DNA of 64,000 nt, from assembly GCA_963693055.1 (NCBI GenBank), contig OY843751.1, positions 2,976,001 to 3,040,000 of the forward strand, in the 5' to 3' direction. Position 1 is the stretch's first letter. Each line of letters opens with the position of its first letter. A program made the translations under genes and the position numbers. Positions 27,133 through 37,002 of the stretch are shown here, piece after piece. The notes below the pieces were generated by a model. It had not been told where the DNA came from. It made no database searches and saw only the letters and a list, made by a program, of their open reading frames with translations. This DNA is from a bacterium. Its GTDB lineage: Bacteria; Zhuqueibacterota; Zhuqueibacteria; Residuimicrobiales; Krinioviventaceae.

Positions 27133-28828
27133 CTAGTGTAAAAGAAGCATCTTTTTCCATTCTACAGTATTACTAGTTTTCACGCAACATAAATACACTC
27201 CACTTGCTAATTTATTAGCATCCCAATTTATAAAAATAGTTCCCCCTAGCTTGAATTCCATTCACTAAAGTTTCTACTAATTCTCCATTTATAGAATATA
27301 TTGAAATATCAATATGTGTAGTCATTGAAACATCGTATTGGATGTTTGTAGCAGGATTAAAAGGATTAGGATAATTTTGATACAAACAAAATGTATTCAG
27401 GAATTTTGGTTCCTCGGCAATTTCTGTTGGAAAACTTGTTTTGATGTAATTCTCCCGTGTTAATGAACCGCTTCCCCCTGGTCCTGAAATAATCAAAGTT
27501 ACTGAAATTGAATCCACTTTATTAAATACAATTTGAGGATTTTGTTCAGTGCTGGTACCAAAATCACCAAAACTCCAATTGTAATTATCTATCAAGCCGG
27601 ATGATAAATCAGTAAATTGTACGGTTAATGGAATAGTACCGGAAACAGGAGTTGCTTCAAAATTTGCGTTGCATGAAATATCTTCTTTTATCATGGTTAT
27701 CATGGATTTTGTACCATTGTCAATGTCGTATTCATCTGCATCTGCACCACAAAAACAATAACTATTCTCATTACAATTGATTATATATCTTCCATTTGAA
27801 CTGTTACCATCTCCTTTAAAATATTCTCGCCACAGCTCCTTTCCATTGGCATCAGTACGCAAAACCATAGCACTTTGATTAGGATACAAAGCTAAAGAAC
27901 GATATCCTGTTAATATATATCCGCCATCAGGTGTTTTGACCATATGATTAACAGTCAACCAATTTAAATCTGATTCAAAAAATGTTTGTCGTTTTGTTAC
28001 AAAACCATCAATATCTGTAACGCACAAAGTTACAAACCCTTTTTGAGTAGCAGGATCAATATCATTATAGCAAAAGCCAAAAGTGCCATCAGCGTTTTGC
28101 ACTACAGCTTTGGCAGTTAAATTATAAGTATAATCCTGTGACTTTATTTCTTCAAAACGCTGCCACTCTAGCAAACCATCGTATGATATTTTGAGTATAA
28201 CAGGTTTATTATCAATCTGCCCGGATAGAATATAACCACCATCCAGAGTTGTTGTTGCATTTTCTATTATATCTTTGGTCTGTGTTTCATGCACCACTGA
28301 CCATACCATATTACCATGATCGGTAATATGGCACCACCATACATTATTATCAATTGTTGAGCCATATAATAAATAATCGTGGTCAGTGCAGGTGATTTGA
28401 TTTTGATTTTCAAACAAAAATGCGGCGGGTTGAGCGCGAATCAAGCTGGTAACACTATTGGCGGAAATGCTTTCGGATAGATTAATAGTCCAGAAAACAT
28501 CAAAATTTGCATTTAATTTTGCGGCATAAACGTTTCCAGAGTCACGAAAAGTGATAAAATAACCACTGTCAAAAGATGCCAGGGCAAGAGATTGATATTT
28601 TTTCTCCTCATATTTTACATTCCCGGTTGAATCCATCAGGATCAAATACGATCCACTGAGAAGGAAATCACCATTATTATTTATATCAACCATCTGGGCA
28701 TAGCGATCAGGTGCGTCATATGAGAATTCGCCAAATGAATAGCTCCATAATGTGGTAATGGATTGGGAAAAAGAAGCCCCTGCAAATATAAATAATAGTA
28801 TTACAAATACTCTAAAGTTCTGTGACAT
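27133..28828 (-). pseudogene. Secreted PKD-domain protein with T9SS-type C-terminal domain; frameshifted and separated from its RBS by an IS
   Basis: Signal peptide, DGGYIL repeats, PKD (PLTVQFTDLS..WSFGD), QNYPNPFNP; ORF stops at 27215 but the shifted frame reads INWDANKLASGVYLCCVK...KKMLLLH* to 27133. Confidence 0.7.
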
Positions 28829-28838
28829 TATAATTTAC

Positions 28839-30269
28839 CAGGACACCCCCGAAAAATCACAAATCATATTACTGTAAGTAATAAAAAATAATGGAGATAG
28901 AAGCAAAAAAAGCTTGTAAAAATAAAAAAAGGTTGCCTCATTATAGTTGACAGACCATAATATAGGAGGCAACCCATGGACATCACAAAACGAGTCCAAG
29001 TAAAACTTAATCAAGTGACAGCGAAATATCAAGCAGAATTCAACCGACCGGACTATAAATTTATCAGAGACATGCATTATGGGATACTTTGCTCCGGGCA
29101 TGTACATTTAAATAAAATCGCATCAACCCTAAAGGAAGAGACGAGCCTAAAAAAGACAACAGAACGAATGTCAAACCATCTGGGCCGACCAGGATTTGAC
29201 AGAGAATTAACCATTAGTCATCTGAAAATAAACAAAAGAAGGTTTTCGGATTCGAAATACTTGATAGCAGATATGAGTGATATAATCAAGCCTTATGCGG
29301 AAAAGATGGAAGGGCTTGATCGTGTTTATGATGGTAGTACCAAAGAACTAGGGAATGGATACTGGCAACTGAATATCATTGGAGTTGATAAAACCGGTAC
29401 ATCCATCATGCCGCTGGTGAGTACGCTTTGGGCGACGGATCAGGAAGAAGGCAAAGGTATTTCAGAGAACAAGAAAATCCTCGAATCCGTGGACACGATT
29501 CGAGAACATATTCATGGAGAACAGATAGTTGTTTATGATCGCGGAGGTGATCGTAGCAAACTGATGAACAAATGGATTAAGCAAAAACAACACTTTATAA
29601 TACGGCAAACCGGGTACCGGGATATATTTGTTCAAGGAGTAAAGAAGAATTTAAAGAAATATGCCGAAAAAATCCGTCCCAGTACTGAAATTACCGTGCA
29701 GAAAAAACGCCGGAACAGGCTGATAAAGCGATGTTTTCAATGCGGTGCCCGTAAGGTATATCTGCCAAAGCAGTATGGGGATGGCCCAATGAACACCGGA
29801 TTATGGTTGATTTCAGTCACTGAACCCGGCAAAGGCAAAAGCTGGTTTTTAAGCTTTATACCGGCAGAGACTGAACGTGAGGCCATAGAGATTACGATGG
29901 AAGGCTATGGTTACCGGTGGAAAATTGAAGAGGTACATCGTCAAATAAAAAATGATTATCATCTTGAAGACATTTGCCTTAAAAGGTATGTTGCGCTAAA
30001 AAATTTTAATGCCCTGTTTTGGAATGTCATGAGTTTTATCTATTGTCATTTGGATAATATTTGTTTACATATTTTAGATCAATCTCAAGCTCCGTTGGTG
30101 TATAGAAGGAAATTAAACGAGTTTATTGGGTTTGTTTATTATAAACTGGCAAAGGCATTAAGGATCATTTTACCCAATATAAAGCTCAGAAAATTAAAGT
30201 GTAATAATCATGCCGGTGACAAAAATCAATTATTTTTGGCCCTCGAATAAAAAAATCGGGGGTACCCTG
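28839..30269 (+). mobile_element. IS4-family insertion sequence, 1431 bp
   Basis: Terminal IRs CAGGACACCCCCGA / CAGGGTACCCCCGA (12/14); perfect 10-bp target duplication TATAATTTAC at 28829-28838 and 30270-30279. Confidence 0.92.
28976..30250 (+). CDS. IS4-family DDE transposase
   Basis: ADMSD, VYDRGGD, YGYRWKIEEVHRQIK (YREK signature); GGAGG RBS. Confidence 0.92.
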   Translation: MDITKRVQVKLNQVTAKYQAEFNRPDYKFIRDMHYGILCSGHVHLNKIASTLKEETSLKKTTERMSNHLGRPGFDRELTISHLKINKRRFSDSKYLIADMSDIIKPYAEKMEGLDRVYDGSTKELGNGYWQLNIIGVDKTGTSIMPLVSTLWATDQEEGKGISENKKILESVDTIREHIHGEQIVVYDRGGDRSKLMNKWIKQKQHFIIRQTGYRDIFVQGVKKNLKKYAEKIRPSTEITVQKKRRNRLIKRCFQCGARKVYLPKQYGDGPMNTGLWLISVTEPGKGKSWFLSFIPAETEREAIEITMEGYGYRWKIEEVHRQIKNDYHLEDICLKRYVALKNFNALFWNVMSFIYCHLDNICLHILDQSQAPLVYRRKLNEFIGFVYYKLAKALRIILPNIKLRKLKCNNHAGDKNQLFLALE

Positions 30270-30405
30270 TATAATTTACCCCTTGTAATTAATTCAGTCA
30301 CACAATCGCGAGTCATTTCCGTAAAAGCTAATAATAGTAAAGGTATGTGTAATATAAAACATAAATAATTGTATAATTATTCAAAACAATAAATTGGATT
30401 TATTG

Positions 30406-31494
30406 TTATCTCTTTTTTATGGATTTCCCCTCTTGTTTATATAATTTTTGCCATTTTTCTTTATCAGCTTTATTAGCACCCAACTTTTGACGGTCATTTA
30501 AATATTGTGCTTCTCTCATCATTTTATGAAAACTTTCAAGTCTTTCCTGAGCCAGATCCCCATCTATAACAGCCTGCTTGACGGCACAATTGGGTTCTTT
30601 TAAATGCTTACAGTCATTAAATTTACAATATTGCGCAAACTCTTCAATTTCCTGAAATGTATCTTCAACATCATCTTCACCAGCTAAAAGTACAATTTCA
30701 CGCATCCCGGGATTATCCATTATTAATCCACCATCAGGCAACAGTATCAACTCTCTATTTGTTGTGGTATGCTGGCCCTTGTTAACACTTTCACTGATTT
30801 CACCGATTTTTTGGCGATCATTTCCCAATAATTTATTGATAATCGTTGATTTACCAACACCAGAGGAGCCAAGTAAAGCAACAGTATTTCCTGTTTCAAA
30901 AAAAGATTTAAACAAATCAAGATTATCATCAGTTATAGCGCTTATTGCATGAATGGGAACTCCAAACGCTATTTCTTCGATATCAGATATAATTGAATCA
31001 ATATCATCACATAGATCTGCCTTGTTTAAAACAATTACAGGATCCGCTCCGCTGTTATATACAAGGGTAAGATAGCGTTCAATACGGCGTAAATTGTAAT
31101 CCCGATCAAGGCCGGTAACTAAAAATATTGTGTCAACATTTGCCCCTATGAGTTGTTTTTCTGAGGTGCTAAGATTTTGTTTTTTGCGATTTCCAGCAGC
31201 AATTCTTGATATCTGGGTCTTGCGCGTAAGAATAGTTTCAATAACTCCGGTACCGTCACCAAGCAACCTTAGCACAACCCAGTCACCAACGGTAGGTAAA
31301 TCCAGTTTAGATTCTGCTTTGTGTCTTATTTTTCCGGCAAGTTTTGCGGTTACTTCTTTATCTGCAGTGAGTACAAGATATTCGGATTTTTGTTCCAGAA
31401 ATATTCTACCCGGTACAATGTCCTGAGCACTAAAATTAGCAAACTCTGATTCAAAGTTTGAATTCCAACCGAGCTGCATTAATCTATCATTCAT
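30406..31494 (-). CDS. rsgA: Ribosome small subunit-dependent GTPase A
   Basis: VGDWV, LNKADL, GSSGVGKS, GQHTTT, DNPGMRE, CKFNDCKHLKEPNC Zn finger. Confidence 0.95.
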   Translation of the reverse strand: MNDRLMQLGWNSNFESEFANFSAQDIVPGRIFLEQKSEYLVLTADKEVTAKLAGKIRHKAESKLDLPTVGDWVVLRLLGDGTGVIETILTRKTQISRIAAGNRKKQNLSTSEKQLIGANVDTIFLVTGLDRDYNLRRIERYLTLVYNSGADPVIVLNKADLCDDIDSIISDIEEIAFGVPIHAISAITDDNLDLFKSFFETGNTVALLGSSGVGKSTIINKLLGNDRQKIGEISESVNKGQHTTTNRELILLPDGGLIMDNPGMREIVLLAGEDDVEDTFQEIEEFAQYCKFNDCKHLKEPNCAVKQAVIDGDLAQERLESFHKMMREAQYLNDRQKLGANKADKEKWQKLYKQEGKSIKKR

Positions 31495-31499
31495 TATTA

Positions 31500-32708
31500 T
31501 TATATATCCTTTTTGCGATTGCCATAGGCATGCGCTAAGCCACCGAATGAAGTTTCACGATATAAAGAAGGCAGATCATGACCTGTTTTCTTCATTACAT
31601 CAACAACTTCATCAAAATCTATATGATGTGTTCCATCAGAAAAAATTGCATAATCGGCACACCCTAGTGCACGTGTTGCAGCATGCGCATTTCGTTCAAT
31701 ACATGGAATTTGTACCAACCCCTGAACAGGATCACATGTCAATCCCAAATGATGTTCCAGTCCCATTTCAGCTGCATATTCAATTTGACGAATGGTTCCA
31801 CCCAGTAGTTGCGTAGCAGCAGCAGATGCCATGGCACAGGCTGTTCCCACTTCACCCTGGCAACCGACCTCAGCTCCGGAAATGGATGCATTATATTTTA
31901 CAAGATTTCCTACCAAACCCGCTGTGGCTAATGCACGAAGTATATGTTTTTCATTACATTTAACCGTTTCAAAAAGGTATCTCATAACTGCTGGCAATAC
32001 GCCGCAAGAACCACAGGTTGGTGCGGTAACTATAATTTGTCCATTTGCATTTTCTTCATTTACTGCAAGCGCATAAGATGTTAACAATGCATTTTGTTTG
32101 AAATGCGGACCTGATAATTGAGCTTTGCGATAATAAGAACAGGCTTTACGCGGTAAACCCAAGCCACCGGGAAGAACACCTTCTTCTACAATTCCACGTT
32201 CAATGGATTCGTTCATGACAGTCCAAACCTGTGTCAGGAAATCCCATATTTCAGGGCCTTCCACAGATTCTACATATTCCCAAAAAGACTGGCCGGTTTT
32301 TAGCAAATGTTCAAGTATTGACTTCATTGTACGTAAAGGGTAGATGGATTTATCCTCATGCTCAACCCCTTCACTAATTGCACCACCACCAATACTAAAT
32401 ACTTCCCATGTATCTGTTACTTGAGTATTAACATCAAGTGCTTCAAAACGCATTCCATTAGGATGAAAAGGTAATGATTCATCCGGTTTCCATACAAGCT
32501 CTAATTTATCATCCCCCAGTACTTGATGCAGAACAATGTCCGTAAGGTGCCCCTTGCCTGTTGCAGCAAGACTTGCATACAGGGTCACCCGGAAAGATTC
32601 TGCATTAGGATTCCTCCCAAGAAATATCTCTGCGGAATGTCTGGGTGCCATAGTATGACTGCTTGATGGTCCGGCACCTATTCTGAATAATTCTTTAATA
32701 GATTCCAT
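31500..32708 (-). CDS. sdaA: Fe-S L-serine ammonia-lyase, single chain
   Basis: IGAGPSSSHT, TGKGHLTD, TAPTCGSCG, ISGAEVGCQGEVG, GLTCDPV, QIPCIERN. Confidence 0.93.
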   Translation of the reverse strand: MESIKELFRIGAGPSSSHTMAPRHSAEIFLGRNPNAESFRVTLYASLAATGKGHLTDIVLHQVLGDDKLELVWKPDESLPFHPNGMRFEALDVNTQVTDTWEVFSIGGGAISEGVEHEDKSIYPLRTMKSILEHLLKTGQSFWEYVESVEGPEIWDFLTQVWTVMNESIERGIVEEGVLPGGLGLPRKACSYYRKAQLSGPHFKQNALLTSYALAVNEENANGQIIVTAPTCGSCGVLPAVMRYLFETVKCNEKHILRALATAGLVGNLVKYNASISGAEVGCQGEVGTACAMASAAATQLLGGTIRQIEYAAEMGLEHHLGLTCDPVQGLVQIPCIERNAHAATRALGCADYAIFSDGTHHIDFDEVVDVMKKTGHDLPSLYRETSFGGLAHAYGNRKKDI

Positions 32709-32773
32709 TAAACATCCGGATTCAATATAAAACTTTTAATTTTAATATAATTAATCATGAAATCAAAGGCAAG

Positions 32774-33700
32774 TTATCGTGTAAATAGAGGTCCTTCAGG
32801 TTTATCAGGCCAGGTAAGATTATTTTTATCAAGATAATTTTTCAGTTTAAAACCAAGCATTTTATAAATCAATTTTGCAACTGCAAAAACAGAATTTATA
32901 TCATCATTTTGGAGACTCAGTTCTACAATATCAAATCCTACAACTTTTTTATATTTGAAAATACTATACAAGATTTCCATGATTTCATGCCACAAGAAAC
33001 CACCAGGTTCAGGTGTTCCGGTACTGCGTATTACACTCCAGTCAAAAACATCAACATCTAGCGTAATAAAAACAGGATCAGGTAGTTCTGCCAATGCTTT
33101 TTCAAGGTCGAATCCCTCGTAACGGATTTTATGCATGCTTATACATTGAATGTTATTTTCTTTGACAATTTTAGCTTCAACGGCTTCCATGCTGCGAATA
33201 CCGAGTTGCAATGTATGAGGCGACATTTCTCGAATTCTTGACATAACAGAAGCATGGCTAAATTTACTACCCATATATTGATCGCGCAAATCTGAATGTG
33301 CGTCGAGTTGTATACAACTCATTTTTCCATAATGCTCAGACAGTGCTTTAAAATATCCCGAACTGATTGAATGATCACCACCAATAACGACTGTGAATTT
33401 ACCTTTTTCTATTAATGATTTGGTTTCATTGTAAAGCACATCAAGCATTGCTGAGGGGTCAGCAGGTATTACAGGAGTGTCAATAGTGGTAATACCCATA
33501 CGGTAAGGTTCAGCATCAATAACTTCATCGTATAATTCCAGTTGAGAAGATGCATCCAAAACGGCATCGGGAGCTTTTGCTGTTCCAATCCCATACGACA
33601 CACCTCCTTCGTATGGGAAAGGCAATAAAGCAACAGCAGAAGTTTCAAAATCAGTAAATTGAGAATCAATATCAAGGTATTGAATAGGGTTTAACTTCAT
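32774..33700 (-). CDS. speB: Agmatinase
   Basis: GGDHSIS, DAHSDLR, LDVDVFD, TGTPEPGG; last gene of the polyamine operon. Confidence 0.9.
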   Translation of the reverse strand: MKLNPIQYLDIDSQFTDFETSAVALLPFPYEGGVSYGIGTAKAPDAVLDASSQLELYDEVIDAEPYRMGITTIDTPVIPADPSAMLDVLYNETKSLIEKGKFTVVIGGDHSISSGYFKALSEHYGKMSCIQLDAHSDLRDQYMGSKFSHASVMSRIREMSPHTLQLGIRSMEAVEAKIVKENNIQCISMHKIRYEGFDLEKALAELPDPVFITLDVDVFDWSVIRSTGTPEPGGFLWHEIMEILYSIFKYKKVVGFDIVELSLQNDDINSVFAVAKLIYKMLGFKLKNYLDKNNLTWPDKPEGPLFTR

Positions 33701-34767
33701 CGTGAGGTATCCAGCGTTTCTATAAATTGGGGTAATTGTTTAATAATATTTTTAGGCTCTTTTTTATCACACAAATCATAAACATAAAAAGCCAATAATG
33801 GGAAAATGATACTGTAATCCCCCCAAATCTGTACAAGCTTATCCTGATTAGCAGAATGATATTTACCCCACGTTACAGCTTCACCAAAAGTACAACCAGA
33901 AAGACTGCCTTCTCTTTCCAGTGCTGTACCAATCTGTAATCCTCTATCAGCACCTTCAAAATCAATAGAAAGAATCTGACTAATGGTTGGACCGGTTTGC
34001 TGTATAAAATTTTTAGGTCCTCCACCTCCCAATTCTACAAAACCAGTAGCAGGAGATGAATAAGCAATTGCAGCAGAATCAAAAACATCTTTTTGCCCGG
34101 ACAAACGGACAGGGTAACCTTCTCGATCTGTTCTGGCAAGGTTCATTGCTATAGAATGATTTGATAAAGAATCCCAAAATATCGGGACTCCTAAACGTGC
34201 CGAAGTGGCAGTAAAACTCAACTCGGGATGCGGGGCATTTTCAAGAACCCACATACCTAAATGATAATTAAACTCCCAGCTTGACATTGCTTTGTCTTTA
34301 AGCTCATTGTGCTTTTCTATAATAAATTTTCTTATAATTTCATCCTGAGCTTCAAGTGTTTCTTTTTCACGGATACCAATATCGTAAATACGGGTATCTC
34401 CATATTGACGTAGTATATCATCGTCCCAATCCGGATTAATGGATTTAACAGGTAAACTGAATGCAAAATGCAGATCATGGTAAACCTGTGCTCCGGTTGA
34501 ACAAATAACATCTATATATCCGGATTCGAGCAAAGATATGACCATTCCCCCCATACCGCCGGCAATTCCTGCTCCAGCGATACCAAGCCAAATCACATCA
34601 TTATCATTGATCATCCGTTTATAAAGGTCTGCACCTCGATATACATTGCGAGCTTCAAAACTGGTTTCCCCCATAAATTTGACCAATTGTGGTATACTGG
34701 ATTTTTGTTTAATTTTATTTGGAACAAGATTCGGGAAATCGTGAAACATGGATTTATAATGAGTCAT
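33697..34767 (-). CDS. Deoxyhypusine synthase-like protein (probable homospermidine synthase)
   Basis: STGAQVYHDLH, GGGGPKNF, GSLSGCT..EAVTWGK with catalytic Lys; lies between arginine decarboxylase and agmatinase. Confidence 0.85.
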   Translation of the reverse strand: MTHYKSMFHDFPNLVPNKIKQKSSIPQLVKFMGETSFEARNVYRGADLYKRMINDNDVIWLGIAGAGIAGGMGGMVISLLESGYIDVICSTGAQVYHDLHFAFSLPVKSINPDWDDDILRQYGDTRIYDIGIREKETLEAQDEIIRKFIIEKHNELKDKAMSSWEFNYHLGMWVLENAPHPELSFTATSARLGVPIFWDSLSNHSIAMNLARTDREGYPVRLSGQKDVFDSAAIAYSSPATGFVELGGGGPKNFIQQTGPTISQILSIDFEGADRGLQIGTALEREGSLSGCTFGEAVTWGKYHSANQDKLVQIWGDYSIIFPLLAFYVYDLCDKKEPKNIIKQLPQFIETLDTSR

Positions 34768-34779
34768 ATCTCTTCTTTC

Positions 34780-35334
34780 TCAGTCAAGTAACATTACAGC
34801 ACATGATACAACAGTTGTATACAGACCATCTTTATGGCCCTTTGCAGATTTGGCAATACTACGGCTAACAAATTGTTTCTGTCCTACAATGTACAATTCT
34901 CTTCTCTCATCCCAGGCAGCGTCCGGATCAAGTTCGATTCCCAAAGTAGATGCAAGCATTGTTGCAGCAAGGTCTTCGGCAAAATCACCAGATATCTTGG
35001 CTGATTCCCCAAAAGCATGGTGTTCGCTAATATAACCATATTGTTTTTTATCTTTGGGTTGAGCAAGGCCTATGGCTGCAGAAAGCAGACGGTTTGGCTC
35101 GTTTGTACATTCACGCGCCATCACAACAAAGGTTACTTGGCCTGCCCTTAAACTGTCCATCCCCTCTTTTTTCGTAATAATTTTACAGGCAGGAGGAAAA
35201 ATACTGGATACCTGTACAAGGTTACATTTTTCTACACCTGCATCACGCAATGCAAGTTCAAAGCTTTGCAGTTTGTTTTTATGATAACCTACACCTTTGG
35301 TGAAAAACATACGCTTGGGAATAAAATTGTTCAA
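34780..35334 (-). CDS. pdaD: Pyruvoyl-dependent arginine decarboxylase
   Basis: FFTKGVG, SFELALRDAG, NLVQVSSIFPP self-cleavage site, YGYISEHH; AAGGAG RBS before TTG. Confidence 0.9.
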   Translation of the reverse strand: MNNFIPKRMFFTKGVGYHKNKLQSFELALRDAGVEKCNLVQVSSIFPPACKIITKKEGMDSLRAGQVTFVVMARECTNEPNRLLSAAIGLAQPKDKKQYGYISEHHAFGESAKISGDFAEDLAATMLASTLGIELDPDAAWDERRELYIVGQKQFVSRSIAKSAKGHKDGLYTTVVSCAVMLLD

Positions 35335-35446
35335 CTTGTTTCTCCTTAAAAAATATTGTTTTAATAAAAAGGAAAAAAATTAATGATATAATTTTTCTTT
35401 TGCAACAATTATTTTTCAATTAAATATACAAGACAAATTTGCCTCA

Positions 35447-36862
35447 TCAATTCTGTATACGTATAAACTCAATTCGTCGATTTAGTGATCTTCCTTCTTC
35501 TGTTGCATTTGTAGCTATTGGTTTGTCGGGACCAAAGCCTACAGTTTCTATACGTTCAGCACCAATACCTTTAGAAACAAGATAACGTTTGACAGATTCC
35601 GCACGCATTCCCGATAAACGTATATTCAAATCTCTTGAACCGGTATTATCTGTATGTCCACGCACCTGGACAGCCATTTCAGGGTAATCAACCAGAGTTC
35701 TGTATACGGCGTCAAGAACCATTTGAGCATTATCAGATAATTCAGAACTACCCGACTTGAATGTAACACCTTTTAAAACGATAGGTGCTTTTGTTTCTAT
35801 CATAACTTCGGGTTTTTTATCGGGACAACCATCATTGTCTTCAAATCCATTAACGGTTTCAGCTTCATTCGGACATTTATCAAGATTATCCGGAATTCCA
35901 TCTTTATCATTATCAGGATCCGGGCATCCATCTTCATCCTGAAATCCATCTTTATCTTCAGCTTTTAATGGACATTTGTCATTTTTATCGAGAATACCAT
36001 CATTATCATTATCCGGGTCAGGGATTCCATCGCTATCTTGAAAGCCGTCCAAATCTTCAGGATCATTGGGAGCTTTATCCAAATCATCATTAATTCCATC
36101 ACCATCATTATCATAATCAGGGCATCCGTCAGTATCCTGAAATCCATCAAAATCTTCAGGTACTCCCGGACATTCATCCAGCTTGTCTTCTATGCCGTCA
36201 TTATCCGTATCTTTCCAGCCACCAAAATAAAAGTTGAGGCCAAACCGGGCTTCAATATTTCCGGTTTGAACATCACCAAAACCAGACATATCTTTATCTT
36301 GTGCAAAAAGTTGCTGGTAACGTAAGGAAAAATCGAATGCAAAATTTTCACCTACAAAAAACTCTGATCCTGCACCTATATTCAACAATGCATTTTTTTT
36401 GATTCCGGAGACCTTATCACCTTTGGGTGTCAAAGGAATGACTGAATCATTATTACTGATATTGCGCAAATCCCAAAAAAGAATTCCTACTCCACCAATG
36501 AAATAGGGATTAATAGATTTTTGGGGTAATAAATTATATTTCATATTAACTGTAATTGGGTATAAATATGTTCTAAAGGGGCTGTTAGGTTTTACCAGCA
36601 CATATTTACCCAATCCGGATTTTGAATCATCAAATGCTCTATCCCAACCTGATGCAATATCTAAATTGATTCCATATTTAGGATTAATTGTATAACCAGC
36701 ATCTAACCCAAACCATGGACTAGCCATACTATCATCCTGATCACCACCTACAAGCTTTGTTACACTGCCAAAAACACCAAATTTTAATTTACCCGTACTT
36801 TGTTCACCAAAAACCAATCCTGCCATACATAATAAAACAATTACAACATTGTAGCGTTTCAT
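35447..36862 (-). CDS. OmpA-family outer-membrane protein with thrombospondin type-3-like Ca-binding repeats
   Basis: Signal peptide, beta-barrel, DxDxDG repeats, OmpA_C (GHTDNTG, N..LS..RA.SV, NRRIEF); start refined to 36862. Confidence 0.9.
   Translation of the reverse strand: MKRYNVVIVLLCMAGLVFGEQSTGKLKFGVFGSVTKLVGGDQDDSMASPWFGLDAGYTINPKYGINLDIASGWDRAFDDSKSGLGKYVLVKPNSPFRTYLYPITVNMKYNLLPQKSINPYFIGGVGILFWDLRNISNNDSVIPLTPKGDKVSGIKKNALLNIGAGSEFFVGENFAFDFSLRYQQLFAQDKDMSGFGDVQTGNIEARFGLNFYFGGWKDTDNDGIEDKLDECPGVPEDFDGFQDTDGCPDYDNDGDGINDDLDKAPNDPEDLDGFQDSDGIPDPDNDNDGILDKNDKCPLKAEDKDGFQDEDGCPDPDNDKDGIPDNLDKCPNEAETVNGFEDNDGCPDKKPEVMIETKAPIVLKGVTFKSGSSELSDNAQMVLDAVYRTLVDYPEMAVQVRGHTDNTGSRDLNIRLSGMRAESVKRYLVSKGIGAERIETVGFGPDKPIATNATEEGRSLNRRIEFIRIQN
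35819..36211 (-). repeat. Four tandem 33-aa (99-bp) TSP3-like repeats
   Basis: DxDxDGIxDxxDxCPxxxExxxGFxDxDGCPD repeated four times. Confidence 0.85.
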
Positions 36863-37002
36863 CTCACCCTCCCCGGTTTTCCGCCGGCACAAATTTGCAG
36901 TTTTAATTAGACATCATATTTTGAAATAATTAACCCTTGAATAATTATATCAAGTTTAAAGACCAATATCAAGAGAAAAATTACAATAATGAAATTGAAA
37001 AA

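Noticed and set aside
28835-29107. 90-aa antisense ORF in the IS left end
   Set aside because: It overlaps the transposase on the opposite strand and has no recognisable motif or RBS; likely a shadow ORF.
33697-34767. eIF5A hypusination system
   Set aside because: Bacterial context, with flanking arginine decarboxylase and agmatinase pointing to polyamine synthesis.
35819-36211. CRISPR array or non-coding tandem repeat
   Set aside because: The repeats are degenerate, in frame (99 bp) and encode TSP3-like motifs inside ompA; there are no identical repeats with spacers and no cas genes.
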